Source: Cetorhinus maximus
Lineage: Eukaryota
Assembly: GCF_964194155.1 (NCBI RefSeq)
Contig: NC_135893.1
Span: 65,596,001-65,660,000, forward strand
Length of the DNA stretch: 64,000 nucleotides
Direction of reading: 5' to 3'
In this document: positions 1 to 12,690 of the stretch, piece after piece
Numbering within the stretch: the first letter of the stretch is position 1
Layout of the letters: each line of letters begins with the position of its first letter
Program-made: the position numbers and the translations under genes
The notes under the pieces: generated by a model
Database searches by the model: none
Told to the model about the DNA's origin: nothing
What the model saw: only the letters and a program-made list of their open reading frames with translations

Positions 1-654
1 ATGACGAGCCTCTGGATTTGGCCTTCCAATTCATCACGGAGAGTCAGCAGAGGGCAAGGGAATATCATGCACAGCTGGTGGAAGCCATCAACAGAGTTGC
101 ACATAAGTCGGAGCATTGATGAAGTGGTGTCCACATGTGCGCGTATGGAGGGTCTCCATGGGAAGGATGGCAGACACCATGGAGACCTTGGTCCACCAGA
201 ACGTGGAGAAACATGCATACCTGCACTCCACTGCGGTAGCCATGGGCAAGTTCCTGCAGTGGCAACGCGAGGGGGAAACGGGGCACCTCAATACCCCCCC
301 AGGTGCTCCTTCCCCTTAAGGAGTCAGGCCAGGGCCCTCGGCCACCTGAAGGGAAGAGGAACAGCAGCTGGACATCCCTGGGTCATCCACTCAAGAATCT
401 CAGAGGCTGTCCCCTCCCTCCAATTCCCCTTTGCCTGTGACCCCCTCAACCTCATCCTCTGTCACTGCAGAGGGAGCAGCTGGCCCACAGGAGGACAGCC
501 AAAGCAAGCCGGGGCCCCCAGAGCTCGGCTCTCCAGAGGACCCATGCCAAAGTCATCAGAGGCAACAGGGCCAACCATTACACAGGCTGTCTCTGCCCCT
601 CCTGAGAATGTCAGGGCAGCACCTAGAAGTCTAAGGCATCACTTTACAATCTGA
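1..654 (+). pseudogene. Decayed C-terminal part of the Harbinger Myb/SANT-like accessory ORF
   Basis: DDEPLDL... and MGRMADTMETLVHQ... match SDDEPLDLVMSQ...TGRMTTTMETLVQD in ORF 55208-55681(-). Frameshifted. Confidence 0.7.
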
Positions 655-1629
655 AAATATATTCACTTTCACTTAACAATGTGTAATGGTGTCTTTCAGC
701 TTCATTTACAGGCTTCGCAAGCCCTCCCACTGCATCCCCCCGCCTCCAACTTGCAGTTCAGCTGCACGCAGCCGACCCACAAATAATTCTGGAGGGAGAA
801 GTGTGTGTGTGGTGGGGCATTTTGGAGCCTCGTGCAAGCACGTGGATCGTTCCCCCATCACACATAGGTCAATGTCCTGAGCATTTTCCATGCTGCCTAC
901 TATGGTTCGCTTTCAGTTGTCCATCTGAGCTGACCTGCATCCCCGCCCACCCACTGATCACACTCCCATTCTCACCCACCACAACTCTCGTTTCACGTTC
1001 GATTTAGCAAGCATGGCACGTTTAACATTCTTCAGGTATCCTGTCCTTTCCCCTCCCTCAGTAACCCATTTCCTTTCCCCCATCACTGTCAACCCTCAAC
1101 TCCAGTATCACCTTTCACTCCCCAATGCCACCTACCAGCCACAACCTTTCTCTTTCAAAGATGTCCAGGTGAACATGCACGTTCTCTTCCTTCCCGAAAA
1201 TCCCACCCCTATCCGCATTAACCTCCCCGACGACCTTCTTCCCACATCCAGGGTCTGTGTCTGCCTCCGAGTCCCCATCAACCACCCTCGCCATCCCTTC
1301 TACTGATACCGTTGACCCTCACCCTCCCACCCTACCGCCTCACTCTGCCCGCTGTCATTCTCGTCATTCCCTCCTACCATGCCCACCCTCAGCTCCCTCC
1401 ACAGGAGACAGTCATGGGACCATCAGACCCCTCCCTTGTACGTTCACCTTGTACGTCAGAACTCCTCCCACTTAGACCTTATCCTTTCCCAACTCCCTGC
1501 TACACCCTTATTTATTTCTCCTCCCGGAATCCTTCCACCACCCACCCCCCCGGACTCCTTCCCTTACACCTTCCTCCCCAGTTGCCATCTTCTCTCCCAT
1601 TAGCCCCTCCTCCCCCCATACTCCCTCCT

Positions 1630-1750
1630 CTCAACCTCAACCCCCTGACACCTTCGTTCCCCCCTCCCAACCTCAACCCCTGACACCTTCGTTCCCCCCT
1701 CCCAGCCTCACCCCCTGACACCTTCATTTCCCCCCCTCCCCGACACCTTC
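1630..1750 (+). repeat. Short tandem repeat (~35-bp unit, ~3 copies) inside a C-rich tract
   Basis: caacctcaacccc(c)tgacaccttcgttcccccctcc repeated. Confidence 0.75.
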
Positions 1751-2430
1751 ATTCCCTACTCCCAACACACCTTCCTCTCCCAGTCAAAACTAGACCTCCC
1801 TCTCCTAAACACAGGTGGACCTTCCTCTCCACCCCCTCGACGATCATCCATTGTGAACAGACCCTCAATGGTGGCTTTCCAACTTCCGTGAGCTGTTTTG
1901 TGGTGGAGCCATCTCCATGAGAATCCAACCAGCATGCGATGGACATTTCTCCAGAGTACCATTGCTGTCGGCTCCAGCTTCTTCTGCTCCTTGGATACCC
2001 GCAATGTGGGCAAGGCCCTGACGTTAAGTCCCGACTTCTGCACATCACACTTGTCAAGACTTGTTCTGCACCAGTGTGGTTTCCCGCTGATGTGCTCGGA
2101 TTATCCAGCATGGGCGAATGATTCTGGTGGGCTATGCTTATAATGATATGCAGATCTATTACAATGAAGTTCCCAACGTCCAACAATGGAAAACGCAGCC
2201 CACCACTGACAGACAGAGGAGCGAATGATTGCAAACTGCCGTTGTGAAACCAATTTCTGGCCTTCTTGCCAGATTGTCCACTCACATCACCAAACACCGC
2301 CCGGCGCCAGCGGGCACGGAAAATTCCGCCCCAAGTCTTGGATAAAACAAATTACTCTTACTACATCTTACAAATTGAAAGATAGTTTGAGCAATTTGTC
2401 AAAATTGCTAATTTGGTACTCAGTAACAAT

Positions 2431-3174
2431 AGGCGGAATCTTATACTCCTGCTGGTGGCGAGCTTGGAGACGGGAAAGGCATTAATTAGGCAGGATGGTG
2501 GCATATCAGAACCCTACCACCATCCCGCCTCTGTCCAAATTAAGTTCCATCTTCCTGCCCTGTCGCCAATTGAGGCTTTTAAATGGCCAATTAAAGACCA
2601 CTTAAGGGCCTCATCCCGCCGCCATTGGGATTAACCCAGCTGCAGGTGGCCTGTCACCATGTGGTGTGCGCAGCAAGTAAAACCACGTGGCCAGATTGTC
2701 ACATTGCGGGGAGATCCCTCAATTAAAGGCACTCAGTGCCTGATCCAGGCCCTGCCAGCCCACCCCAACCATTGCTTCAGACACCCCTGGCCCCCACTCC
2801 TCACAGCCCCAGCCCCGCAAAACCAGCTCCCACATCACTTAGCTTTATCCTGGGTCGCTCTGCAATCCTGGGACTCCAGCAGGTGTAGGGGGGGAGAGAG
2901 AGAGAGAGTGGGGGTGTTCTTCTGGCAACAGCCACGGCCTGCTCCATGCTCTTGCTCAGCACAAGAGCTGCTGGCCTCTGAATTGCTGACAGCTCTCGCT
3001 GGGTGGGACTTCCGCCCCCAGGGTCCTGATTCCAGCAGAAGGCCTGTTGGTGGCCTCACCACTGCCTGATTGGCATGTGGTTTGGCGGGCCTTCCCGAAA
3101 AGAGGCAGCGCAGGTTTCTCGCCAGCTCTCCAGCTGGCTGACGAGACCCCTGACGCCTCAACAAGATTCTGCCC
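2431..3174. mobile_element. Harbinger-type MITE, family B
   Basis: TIRs aggcggaatctt / aagattctgccc with an AAT TSD on both sides. Internal homology to 31013-31751 (gccaattgaggc..ttaa..tggcca/gcaatta..ccacttaaggg). Confidence 0.85.
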
Positions 3175-3242
3175 AATATACTTCAATGAACTGTACCTCC
3201 TTCCCTAAAAACTATAAAGGGTAGATTTTTGATAATGAAGCA

Positions 3243-3685
3243 AAGAATTTGTATTTATGTAGCGCCATTCACAATCCCAGGAACATCCCAAAGCACTCAC
3301 CGCCAATTAAGTCCTCTTGAAGTATAATCATTCTTGTACTGTAGGAAATGCAGCAGCCAATTTACACAAAGCAAGCTCCCACAACACCAATGTGATAATA
3401 ACCAATCTCTTTTAGTGATGTTGGTTGAGGGATAAATATTAGCCAGAAAACTGTGGAGAACTTTGCTGCTTTACTTCAAAATAGCATAATCAAATCTTTT
3501 ACATCCACCTGAGAGGAGAGGAGACCTTGGTTCTCATCATAAAGACAGCACCTTCGATGGTGTAGCACTTCATGCACTAGGAGCATCAACCTAAATTTTA
3601 TGCATAAGTCTCTAGAGTGAGACTTGAACTCACACAATCTTCTAACTCAGAGGGAAGAGTCCTACCAATGAGTTACAGTTAACAC
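3243..3685 (-). mobile_element. Deu-domain SINE (SacSINE1-like)
   Basis: Tail ttgtatttatgtagcgcc, body gcaaagctcccacaac...gttggttgagggataaatatt...ttttacatccacctgag, tRNA-like head near 3600-3685. Confidence 0.75.
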
Positions 3686-3934
3686 CATACAATTATATGT
3701 CCGTATGAGCCAGTATGCTACCTACAGGAGCTGATCTACTTGCACTGGTGTGTACAGCAAGGGCAGAGACTGAGACAGTACCCTTTGTGTAACAAAGTAC
3801 AGAGCCTCTTTGAACCAGCCACATACTTAATACATAAAAAAGGTTTCCAAAAGTCTGAAGGAGAATGCTGTGCATGGTGTGATTGGTTAGGACATTCACA
3901 GCCAGAACAGGCCTTGAATGCATCATTAAAGGAA

Positions 3935-4482
3935 CTCATCCATGCAATACTGACAGAGTGCTACATTGTCAGAGGTGCTGTCCTCTGAATGACAGTCTGC
4001 CTATTCCAGTAGTTATGCATTTGAAGAGCAGGGATTTTTTTTCCTGCTGTCCTGGGGAAATTCTTCCCTCTAACAACACCATCAAACATAGTTTCCAATT
4101 TGATCAGATTGATAGCAATTATGCTTCTGAGTCAGAAGGTTGTGGGTTCAAGTTCCACTCCAGGACTTGAGTCTCGGCTGATATGCAAATGCAGTGCTAA
4201 CTGTCAGAGGTCCTATCTTTTGGATGAACTGTTCATGCCCTGTTTGTCTGGATCCAAATGATTCCATAGAACTAATTGAATAAGAGTCTATGCAGGAGTT
4301 CTCCCATTATCCTGTTCAACATCTACACTCAAGTAATACCGCCCAAAGTAAATTAACTGACTATTCGTCCTGAAGTGGCTGCTGGTTTTGCCAAAAAAGA
4401 ACAATTCAAAAGTAATTAATTGGCCATGAAACACTTTAGAACATCCTGAGGACTTGAATGTACTGTATAAAGTCCTTTCTTT
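3935..4482 (+). mobile_element. Two adjacent Deu-domain SINE copies (fragment 3935-4095; longer copy 4098-4482)
   Basis: ctgagtcagaaggttgtgggttcaagttccactcca head, tgtcagaggt.ct.tc body, and aaacactttagaacatcctgagg...tataaagtcctttcttt tail. Confidence 0.65.
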
Positions 4483-4914
4483 GTTAGGATACATCTTCAT
4501 CTCAAACTGTCCATGGGATCACACCATGCAAACTGACTGTTGCATTAATGTACATCAGTGTTGTTTAATAGAAATTGCTGACTAGCCACAGGTGTGGCTA
4601 TGCCAAAACCATTTTAGCCCCATGCTCTTAATTTTAAACAACTTACAGACAAGATACAGGTAAATGTACTTCACATGCATATTTGCCCCACCATTCAGTA
4701 ACAAAGGGAGTAAAGCTTTCACAATGATCAAAAATGCAGCATACAAGTAAGATTTTTCCCCATTTATCAGGTCATATTTTAGAATTTTTAGAATATTAGA
4801 GGAATTCAAGCTTGATAGTTTGATGGCGCTGGATTATTATCCTAGATACAAAGTTATTAGCCCAAAATATATCTGTAATTTTATGTCATTCCAGATATGC
4901 ATTGAGCTCTCTCA

Positions 4915-5910
4915 TTAATCTATATTAACAACTTGGATGAAGGGACAGAGTGTATTGCAGCCAAATTCACTGACGATAAAAAGATAGGTAGGAAAGCAAG
5001 CTGGGAGGAGGATACAAAGAGTCTGCAAAGAGATGAAGATGGGTTAAGTGAGTGGGCAAAGGTTTGGCAGATGCAGAATAATGTAGGAAAATGTGAGGTT
5101 GTCCACTTTGGCAGGAAGAGTTAAAAGAATATTATTTAAATGGAGAGAGACTACAGAATGCTGCAGTACAGATGGATCCCGGTATTCTCAAACATGAATC
5201 ACAAGAAGTTAGCGTGTAGGTACAGCAGTAATTAAGAAGGCAAATGGAAAGTTAGCCTTTATCGCAAGGGGGATGGAGTATAAATTAGGGAAGTTTTGCT
5301 ACGACTATGCAGCGCATTGGTGAGACCACACCTAGGGTACTGTGTACAGTTTTGATCGCCTTAAATTGGAAGCAGTTCAGAGGAGGTTTACTAAGTTGAT
5401 TTGTGGGATGAAGAGGTTGGTTTGTGAGGAATGGTTGAGCAGGTTGGGCCTACACCCAACTGGGGTTTAGAAGAATGAGGGGTAATCTTATTGAAACATA
5501 AAAGATTCTGAGGGGGCTCGAAAGGGTAGATGCTTAGAGGATGTTTCCCCTTGGGTGGGTATCTAGAACAAGGGGAAAAAGTTTCAAAATAAGGTGTCTC
5601 CCATTTAAGACCGAGGTGAGGAGGAATTTCTTCTCTCAGAAGATCATTTATCTTTGGAATTGTCAAACTGAGAGAGCAGTTGAGGCTAGATCATTGAATA
5701 TATTCAAGTTTGAGTTAGACAGATTTTTCATCTACAAGAGAGTCAGGGATTATTGGGCAGGGTGGGGGGCGGGGGGGGAGGGGGGGGCGGTGGCATACAG
5801 ACAGTGAAGTGGAGTTAATGCCACAATCAGATCAGCAATCATCTCATTGAATGGCAGAGCAGGCTCAAGGAGCCAAATGGCCTACTCCTGCTCCTATTCA
5901 TATGTTCTTA
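4915..5910 (+). mobile_element. CR1 LINE 3' fragment (RT C-terminus + 3' UTR)
   Basis: Translation ECIAAKFTDDKKIG...LQRDEDGLSEWAKVWQMQNNVGKCEVVHFGRK and FKTEVRRNFFSQ; 3' tail cctactcctgctcctattcatatgttctt. Confidence 0.9.
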
Positions 5911-6084
5911 CACTATGAGGTTCAGTAATTTCTCTCAATCCATTGGATCAATTATTTCTTCAGCAAAGCTTGAAGAAAATTTAAAAACGAGGTCGAATCA
6001 GACTAAAAAGACAGCTGATTTCCACTGATTTTTTTTTTTAAACAGCACGGTGAATATACCTCCATAAAGCAGCATTGATAATGA

Positions 6085-6668
6085 AACTGCCTCTCTGCGC
6101 ACGCCTGACCCACTCGAGCGTGAAATGATGCGCATTGACGTCAGACGAGCGTTCCAACATCCTTGTGCAGTCGCACGGTAGTTCAGTCGGCGGGCACACG
6201 CCGGAGCCAGCAGCGCGCCCGCCAACAATTAAAAGGGGGCCAAGCGGCCTTTGCATTTTATGGAAACCTCATCCCCGGGCGGGATGAGGTTTCCAAAAGC
6301 AAATAAAAATAAAATGAAAACTTTAATTTTTCAGATTACCATGTCCCTGCTCATGTGAGGGGACATGTTTTATTACATTTTTATTTTCTGTGTTTTTTAT
6401 ATATCTCTTCATCTCCCTGAGGCAGCTCTGTAACTCAGGGAGATTGTGCAGCGCTCGCTCGCACGCATGCGTGAAGTTCACGCTCAGCCCGCTCACACTA
6501 CCCCACCCCTCTCCCTGCACAGACAGTGCACTGCCGCTCGCGTTTCACGCTGGGCGGGCCTTAATTGGCCCACCAGCGTGAAATCGCAGTGCGGGTGCCG
6601 ATCACTGGCAGCAATCGGCTTCCTGACCTAACCCACCGAGCCCGCTCGCCAAGGACAAAATTCTGCCC
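6085..6668. mobile_element. Harbinger-type MITE, family A variant (left end not resolved)
   Basis: Right TIR aaaattctgccc. Carries family A internal hairpins (ggaaacctcatccc..gggatgaggtttcc; atctccctgag..ctcagggagat). Confidence 0.75.
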
Positions 6669-7069
6669 TTTAGGTTCAGTAATCAATACAGAAAATCATT
6701 TCTCTTCCAACAGTATGCCATGTCAAGTTACATATAAGATCAACTGTCAGATCAGTTCCAAATAACATCAATGCTTCTAAGTCAAAATTTAAGTCCAATG
6801 CAACTGAGAGTTCAATTCCCAGCCCTCCTCACAGACCAGAGCAATTTATTAGATGCTCATGAGGTGGTTGCAATCACTTAGCAACAGGAAAAAGTGAAAT
6901 AATATCTAGCTATTCACTTTACTAATGGTGTGGCTAATGTCTCAAGCTCTGGAAATGCTTTCTTTGGTGCTTTGTTGCAGTGATAAGTATAGGAAAATCT
7001 ATGAGTCTAACCTATTAATTTTAATATGACTCCTTTGAGATGTCTCTGTTCAGTTCAATTGACATTCTC

Positions 7070-7466
7070 TCCTTATCAGCAGAGAAGGTTAAAGGGAGAT
7101 TTAATAGAGGTGCTCAAAATCATGAAGGTTTTGATAGAGTAAGGAGAAAAGTTCAGGTCTTTAACTGTGACTGGCAAGGTCAGTAACCAGAGGACATAGA
7201 TTTAAGGTAATTGGCAAATAAAATGGAGGTGTGATGAGAATTTTTCTTACACAGGAAATTGTTATCATCTCAAATGCACTGCCTGAAAGAGTGGTGAAGC
7301 AGATTCAGCTGTAGCCTTCAATTGGATAAATACTTGAAGGGGAGAAACTTTCAGGACTGTGGAAAAAGAGAAGGGAAGCAAGATTAATTGTACAGCTCTT
7401 TCAAAGAGCCGGCACAGGCACACTGAGCCGAATGGCCACCTTCTGTTTGTAAGACATTCAACTATA
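7070..7466 (+). mobile_element. CR1 LINE 3' end fragment
   Basis: agcagagaaggttaaagggagatttaatagagg...gagccgaatggcc.ccttctgt tail. Confidence 0.75.
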
Positions 7467-7739
7467 GCAATGAGTGCCCTCAATACTATCAGTTGAACTG
7501 TCTGGCAGGAATCTGAGCCTGACAATGAAACGGCAGTGAAGTTAACACTCAGTGGAATTAACATGCATAGTCAATAGGCTTACCAATCTGTAGAGTTTGA
7601 TTACATTCACGGGTATAATATTAGCTCCTTTACACAGTAACTCAGTTTACTTGAATAATTTGGGGAAGAGAAACCAAGAAATTGATAGAAATATACAGGC
7701 AATTTTGACAAATCCCTTCCTGGACAAGTCATTAATGAC

Positions 7740-8610
7740 ATCCTTTGTGACAACAACAGTGGGCTATTCCTGTTTGACCTTCCCCATCTTTCTGCTGCAA
7801 TCAACATAGTTGACTACTCCACCCTCTTCACTGTGGTTTACCTTCACTTGGTTCCACTCCTAAGCAGCAAATCTTCTACAATGGCTTCTCCTCTCATCAT
7901 GGGTCCCTTCCTATTATTCGTTTACATGCTGTCTCTTGGTCCACATATCCACACCATCTGTGAGGCAACCTATTTTAACCTCCATAACATCTCCCAACTC
8001 CCTCCCTGTTTCAGCTCATCTGATGCTGTACCCCTCATCCATGCCTTTGTTATCTCTCGACTACACTATTCCAACCAATTCGTAGCCAACCTCCCACTTT
8101 CTACCCTGTGTGAATTTGAGGTCATCTAAAACTCTGCCGCCTGTCTCCTAACTCCCACCAAGTCCTGTTCATGCATCACTCCTGTCCTCACTTACCTGTT
8201 TGGATCCTGATTAAGCAGTACCTCAATTTTAAAATTCCCATCCTTGTTTTCAAATCCTTTCATGGCCTCACCCCATCCTATATCTGTGACCTCCTCCAGC
8301 CCCACAACCTCCCAAGATATCTGAGCTCCTCTAATTCTAGCTTCTTGAGCATCCTCAACATTACTCTGTCCATCATTGGTGACCACGTCTTCAGCTGCCA
8401 AGGCCCTAAGCTCTGGAAATCCCTCCCTAAATCTCTCAGTTTTCTAGCTTTCTCTCCTTAAAACTGACCTTTTTGACCAATTTAAATCATCTGTTCTAGT
8501 ATCTCCTTATGTGATTTGGCGTCAAATTTTGTTTGATAATGCTCCCGTGAAGCACTTTGGAATACTTTAATATGTTAAAGATGCTATATGAAGACAAGTT
8601 GTTGTTGTTG
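7740..8610 (+). mobile_element. L2-type LINE 3' fragment
   Basis: YFNLHNISQL..CFSSSDAVPLIHAFVISRLHYSN and FKIPILVFKSFHGLTPSYICDLLQP...FSCQGPKLWKSLP; tail ctcccgtgaagcactttgg...aagttgttgttgttg. Confidence 0.8.
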
Positions 8611-9484
8611 GAAACAGCATCCTTGGGTATGTATCAGCCAGCTCTGTCTCTTAATTACTATCCTCGACTCCATTATGCTGTTTGGCCATTTAAGTTATAG
8701 ATGATCCAGAATATTGTGCCACTTAACCTAACAAGACTAAAACCAAATTGTTGAACTCTCAAAAAAACTTCAGTGAACTATGAAATAAGCCGACCCAGCT
8801 ACTCTCATAGGTAATGGTAAGCAACATAATTAAACCTGAACTAAGCTTCAAATTCCAATTAACTCCACAACATCGCCCAGCTCCGTACTGACTTCACCCA
8901 TATCTGCTGAAATTCTCCCCCATATTCAACACCAACAGGCTCAGCTTCTGCAAAGTCTCTCCTCCACCATACACAGACTTCACCTCATCTAAAATTCGGC
9001 CCCTCCACATCATATTTCGTTCTAAGTCTCACTCTGCTAATATCCCAACATCTATTGGCTTCTCAACTCAATCTGCATCATTACATGTCCACCATTATTT
9101 TGACCATTCTGACCAGAATTTATTTCTCAACCAACAGCAGCAATACAGGTTAACAGGTAATTGGTCTAACTCATGGTTTTGGCTGCATAGCAGCAGTGAT
9201 GATTTTCAAACGTAACTCCTTGCTTGTGAAGCACTTCCAAGACATCCTAGAATATGAAAGGTAAATACACAAATGCTCACTGTAAGTGGCCAGAATATTT
9301 TCTTGAAAGTAGTGTGATCTGATTGACTGGTAGCATAAATCCCTGATAGCTCTGTTCTATAAAATTAATTTAAATTCAGAAAAAATATGATTCAAATTGT
9401 TCGCATATTAAGACTTCCCAAAATCAAGCATTTAAAAAAATCTCGTGATCAGTCAGCTTGTTTTACTGGAAATGGTCCAATCAC

Positions 9485-9705
9485 AGTCGGAAGGTAATCA
9501 GTTTAAGTTCCACTTCATGACGCGAGCCCACAATTAAAGCTGCAGTACTGCGGTAATACAGCATTGTCAGGGAGTAGGGTGCTTGCTTCTAACGCGTGAT
9601 GTTAAACCAAGGCCTTTTCCAACGGGCATTCGGGATTCCACGACGCCAATCAATGCTGAGAAGGGAGTAGCTCTGGCAAATATTCCTCCCTCAACCACCT
9701 GTACT
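9485..9705 (+). mobile_element. Degenerate Deu-domain SINE fragment
   Basis: agtcggaaggt..., gcattgtcagg, gttaaaccaaggcc, tggcaaatattcctccctcaacca. Confidence 0.5.
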
Positions 9706-9714
9706 AGGAATTAT

Positions 9715-9918
9715 TATCTGGAATGCAGTACCTGAAAGGGCAGTGGAAGGAAGTAGGTTCAATAGTAACTTTCAGAAAGCAGTGGATATATACTTAAAAA
9801 GAGAAACAAAATGCAGAGCTATGAAGAAAGAAAAAGGAGTGGAACTAATTGGATAAATCTTAAAAAGCCAGCACAGGCACTATGGGTTGAATGGCCTCAT
9901 TGTGCTGTGAGATTCTAT
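9715..9918 (+). mobile_element. CR1 3' end whose (tatgattc) tail is split by the following MITE
   Basis: tggaatgca.tacctgaaaggg...gaatggcctc.ttgtgctgtgagattctat, resuming as tatgattcta at 10596. Confidence 0.7.
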
Positions 9919-10595
9919 GGGCAGAATTTTGCCCTCAGATGGCGTGTGGGCCCCACCGGCTCGGCGGCGGGCGGACAGCTGACCCCCGCCACCGAAACGG
10001 GGCCCACCGCCATTTTGAGTGGGCAGGCCAATTAAGGCCCACCCAGCGGCCTGCCTGACATGAAGCGTTATGCGTTTCCTGTGCGGGGGGTGGAGGGAAT
10101 CCCCATCTGTCAAAGTGCACTCTTTCACACATGCACACAAAAGAGTGCACTGCTCCCTGAGGCAAAGTCCTGAGAAATATGAAAAAATATTAAAATTATT
10201 AACATGTCCCCCTCATGTGGCAATATCACACGAGATGGGACATGTCAATAATAAACACTTAAAAGTTATTACATTTTTAAAAAACGGACATGAAACTTCA
10301 TCCCGCCAGTGGATGAAGCTTCATGAATAATCTGGAGCCCGCTGGGGCTCCTGGCCTGCCCACCAGCCTTAAGGTTGGATGGGCAGGTATTTAATTATCT
10401 TAACTAGCCTGTCAATGGCCTCAATTGGCCATTGACAGGTCGGCCAGCGGACAGCTGACTTCGCTGTCCGCCTGCCTTCCTAAAAATTTAAATGGCCCGG
10501 GATGACGTCGGGGATTCCTCCCGACGTCATCCCGCATCATTTTTCCTTCAGCGAGCGGGCCCCGCCCCCAAATCGCCGAGGGGAAAATCTTGGCC
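9919..10595 (+). mobile_element. Harbinger-type MITE, family A
   Basis: TIRs gggcagaatttt / aaaatcttggcc with a TAT TSD; internal hairpins shared with other copies. Confidence 0.88.
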
Positions 10596-10616
10596 TATGA
10601 TTCTATTTATTTCCTA

Positions 10617-11244
10617 GGCCAGAATCTTCAGGTCGCCGAGCAGGGGTGGGGCTTGCTCGCCGACGCATAAAATGACGCGCGGTGACATCGGGCATGCATC
10701 CTGACGTCACCACGCTTCATTCAGATCTTGAGTTCAGTGGGCACGCACCGGAGTCGGCTGCATGCCCGCCGAACTGTCAAAGGCTTATTAAGGCCGTTTA
10801 AACAGCAATTAAAATAATTAACTGAGCTGCCCGTCCAACCTTAAGGTTAGCGGGCAGGTGAAGAGCCAAGGCGGCCTTCGCATTTATCATGAAACCTCAT
10901 CCATGGGCAGGATGAGGTTTCATGAAGGTTTTTAAAATGTAATAAAAATTTTCAAAAAATTTCATAGACATGTCCCATCATGTCTTAAAATTTTATTTTT
11001 CCTTTATTTAAATTTTTAAATATCAAACTGATCTCCCTGAGGTAGCTCTGTGCCTCAGGGAGATTTCTGCGCTCTTCCGTGCGCAACGACGAAAGAGCAC
11101 AGGTCCTGACTCAGTCTACTCCCCCTGCCCGCACAGGGAGTGCTCAGCGCTTCCGGGTGCGTGTCACACTGGGCGGGCCTTAGTTGGCCCACTCCCACCC
11201 AACACCCCTCACCCCACCCCCTGACGGAGAGAAAATTGTCCGCC
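10617..11244 (-). mobile_element. Harbinger-type MITE, family A, inverted relative to the neighbouring copy
   Basis: TIRs ggccagaatcttc / gaaaattgtccgcc; CTA or TAG TSD; catgaaacctcatcc...ggatgaggtttcatg hairpin. Confidence 0.85.
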
Positions 11245-12339
11245 TAGTTTCTTTATGTGCACAAAATGGCTGCTACATTTACTTACATAAGTCACCATAT
11301 TTTAAAGCATATCATTGTGTACAAGACATCCAGGAGATAAAGTACCATATGAATATCTCTTGTTCTTAATAAATTATAATTGCTTCATGAAATATTCAAC
11401 ATGTTTTGTTTTGGAGGAGAATAACTGTGATCACCTGACCAAAGATTAGGTACCCAAGTGATGAAATTCCACTATGGCATTACAGTTAGAGGATGCGGAG
11501 AACAAGTTCACTTGGTGTGAGGCTACATCGGTGGTAGTTACCGAGCGGTTGCTAACGAATTGCATGTGTAAGAAGTGCCCAATGTGATCCTATACCCCAC
11601 TGCAATATACCACTCCAAGTTAGGTAGCTTCAATCCCAAGCCACGCTCCTGAAATATTCTTCCAGCAAAAAAAATTCTTCACCAATCAAATATATTTCCT
11701 GAAGTGTTATTGTAACAGCACTGATTTGGAACTTCTCTATAATTACTTGAGGTAGATTTACTCAAAATCATTTCTCCAGTCTGAGCACAAAACTAAATCT
11801 GGTTAACATGTTCTGACCCATAGATACCACACAGATGCAACTGCATGGTGAATATTTAATAGCAATGTAAACCTGTATATAGGTTAATGCTGTCCTGGAG
11901 GCAGATTTGCTCAAATCCTGCTCAGGTTTATACCAGTAAATGGGATAATGGATTTTCATGCCAGTTGTGATGCATTGGCCCATTGGCTGCTGTTGGTCCA
12001 TGTTACATTCGCAAAACCTTTTGTATGTGGTCCCACGAGGAAACCTTTAGTAATTAATCTTCATTGTCACAGAAAGCTTATTGTTATGGAACATAAAAGG
12101 TATGTGACCTACCCATGGGGTTATTTGTGTCTGCAGGTGTGTGAATGTGGGTGGCAGGGTGGAAAGAATAATCTATTTCCAATTTTGGAATAAAAAGAGT
12201 CAAGTTATCAGCGACACTCTGTGTTTAGGGTGGGTGTTTTATTTCTGCTTAACATTAAACAAATAAATTTTATTCTAAAAAAAAATTAATAAACCAAAGT
12301 GGCACAAGTTAACCCTTTGCAGTCATCCAAATGGATACT

Positions 12340-12690
12340 AAAGAAAGAATTGCCTTTATATAGCACCGTCTGCAATCTCAGGAACATCTCAAAGTGCTTT
12401 ACAGCTAACTACGTATTTTTGAAGCGTAGACACTGATGTAATGTCTGAAATGCAGCAGCCAATTTGTACACAGAATAGTCCCACAAATAGCAGTGAGGTG
12501 ATGACCAGATGATCTATTTTAGTGATTTTGTTTGAGGAATAAATATTGACCCGGATATCAGACTAACTCCCCTACTCATTTTTTTCCAATAGTGTCATGG
12601 GATCTTTCACATCTGCCTGACGAGGCAACAGGACTTCAGTTTAATATTTAATCTTAAAGCAACAGTAAAGGCATCGCATTATCACTCTCC
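12340..12690 (-). mobile_element. Deu-domain SINE (5'-truncated)
   Basis: aaagaaagaattgcctttatatagcacc...aaagtgctttacagc...atagtgtcatgggatctttcacatc. Confidence 0.75.

Larger units (their letters stand above)
1..2331 (-). mobile_element. PIF/Harbinger-family transposon, internally deleted copy (runs off window start), inverted relative to the 51902-56806 copy
   Basis: Ends in TIR aaaattccgccc at 2331, followed by caa. The reverse complement of ~2080-2331 aligns by eye with 51902-52130 (gtgcccgctggcg...aagaaggccagaaattggtttcacaac...ttattgtaatagatctgcatat...cccaccagaatc). Bases 1-654 match the C-terminal exon of the second (Myb-like) gene. No transposase motifs are visible in between. Confidence 0.8.

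Noticed and set aside
5918-6683. 12-bp direct repeat aggttcagtaat (5918-5929, 6672-6683) as a long TSD of the MITE
   Set aside because: It does not abut either terminus, and Harbinger TSDs are 3 bp; probably chance or a small local duplication
11520-11565. RFX X-box-like motifs (gttacc..gttgctaac) in a CpG-retaining patch
   Set aside because: Only half-site matches; cannot be supported without conservation or chromatin data
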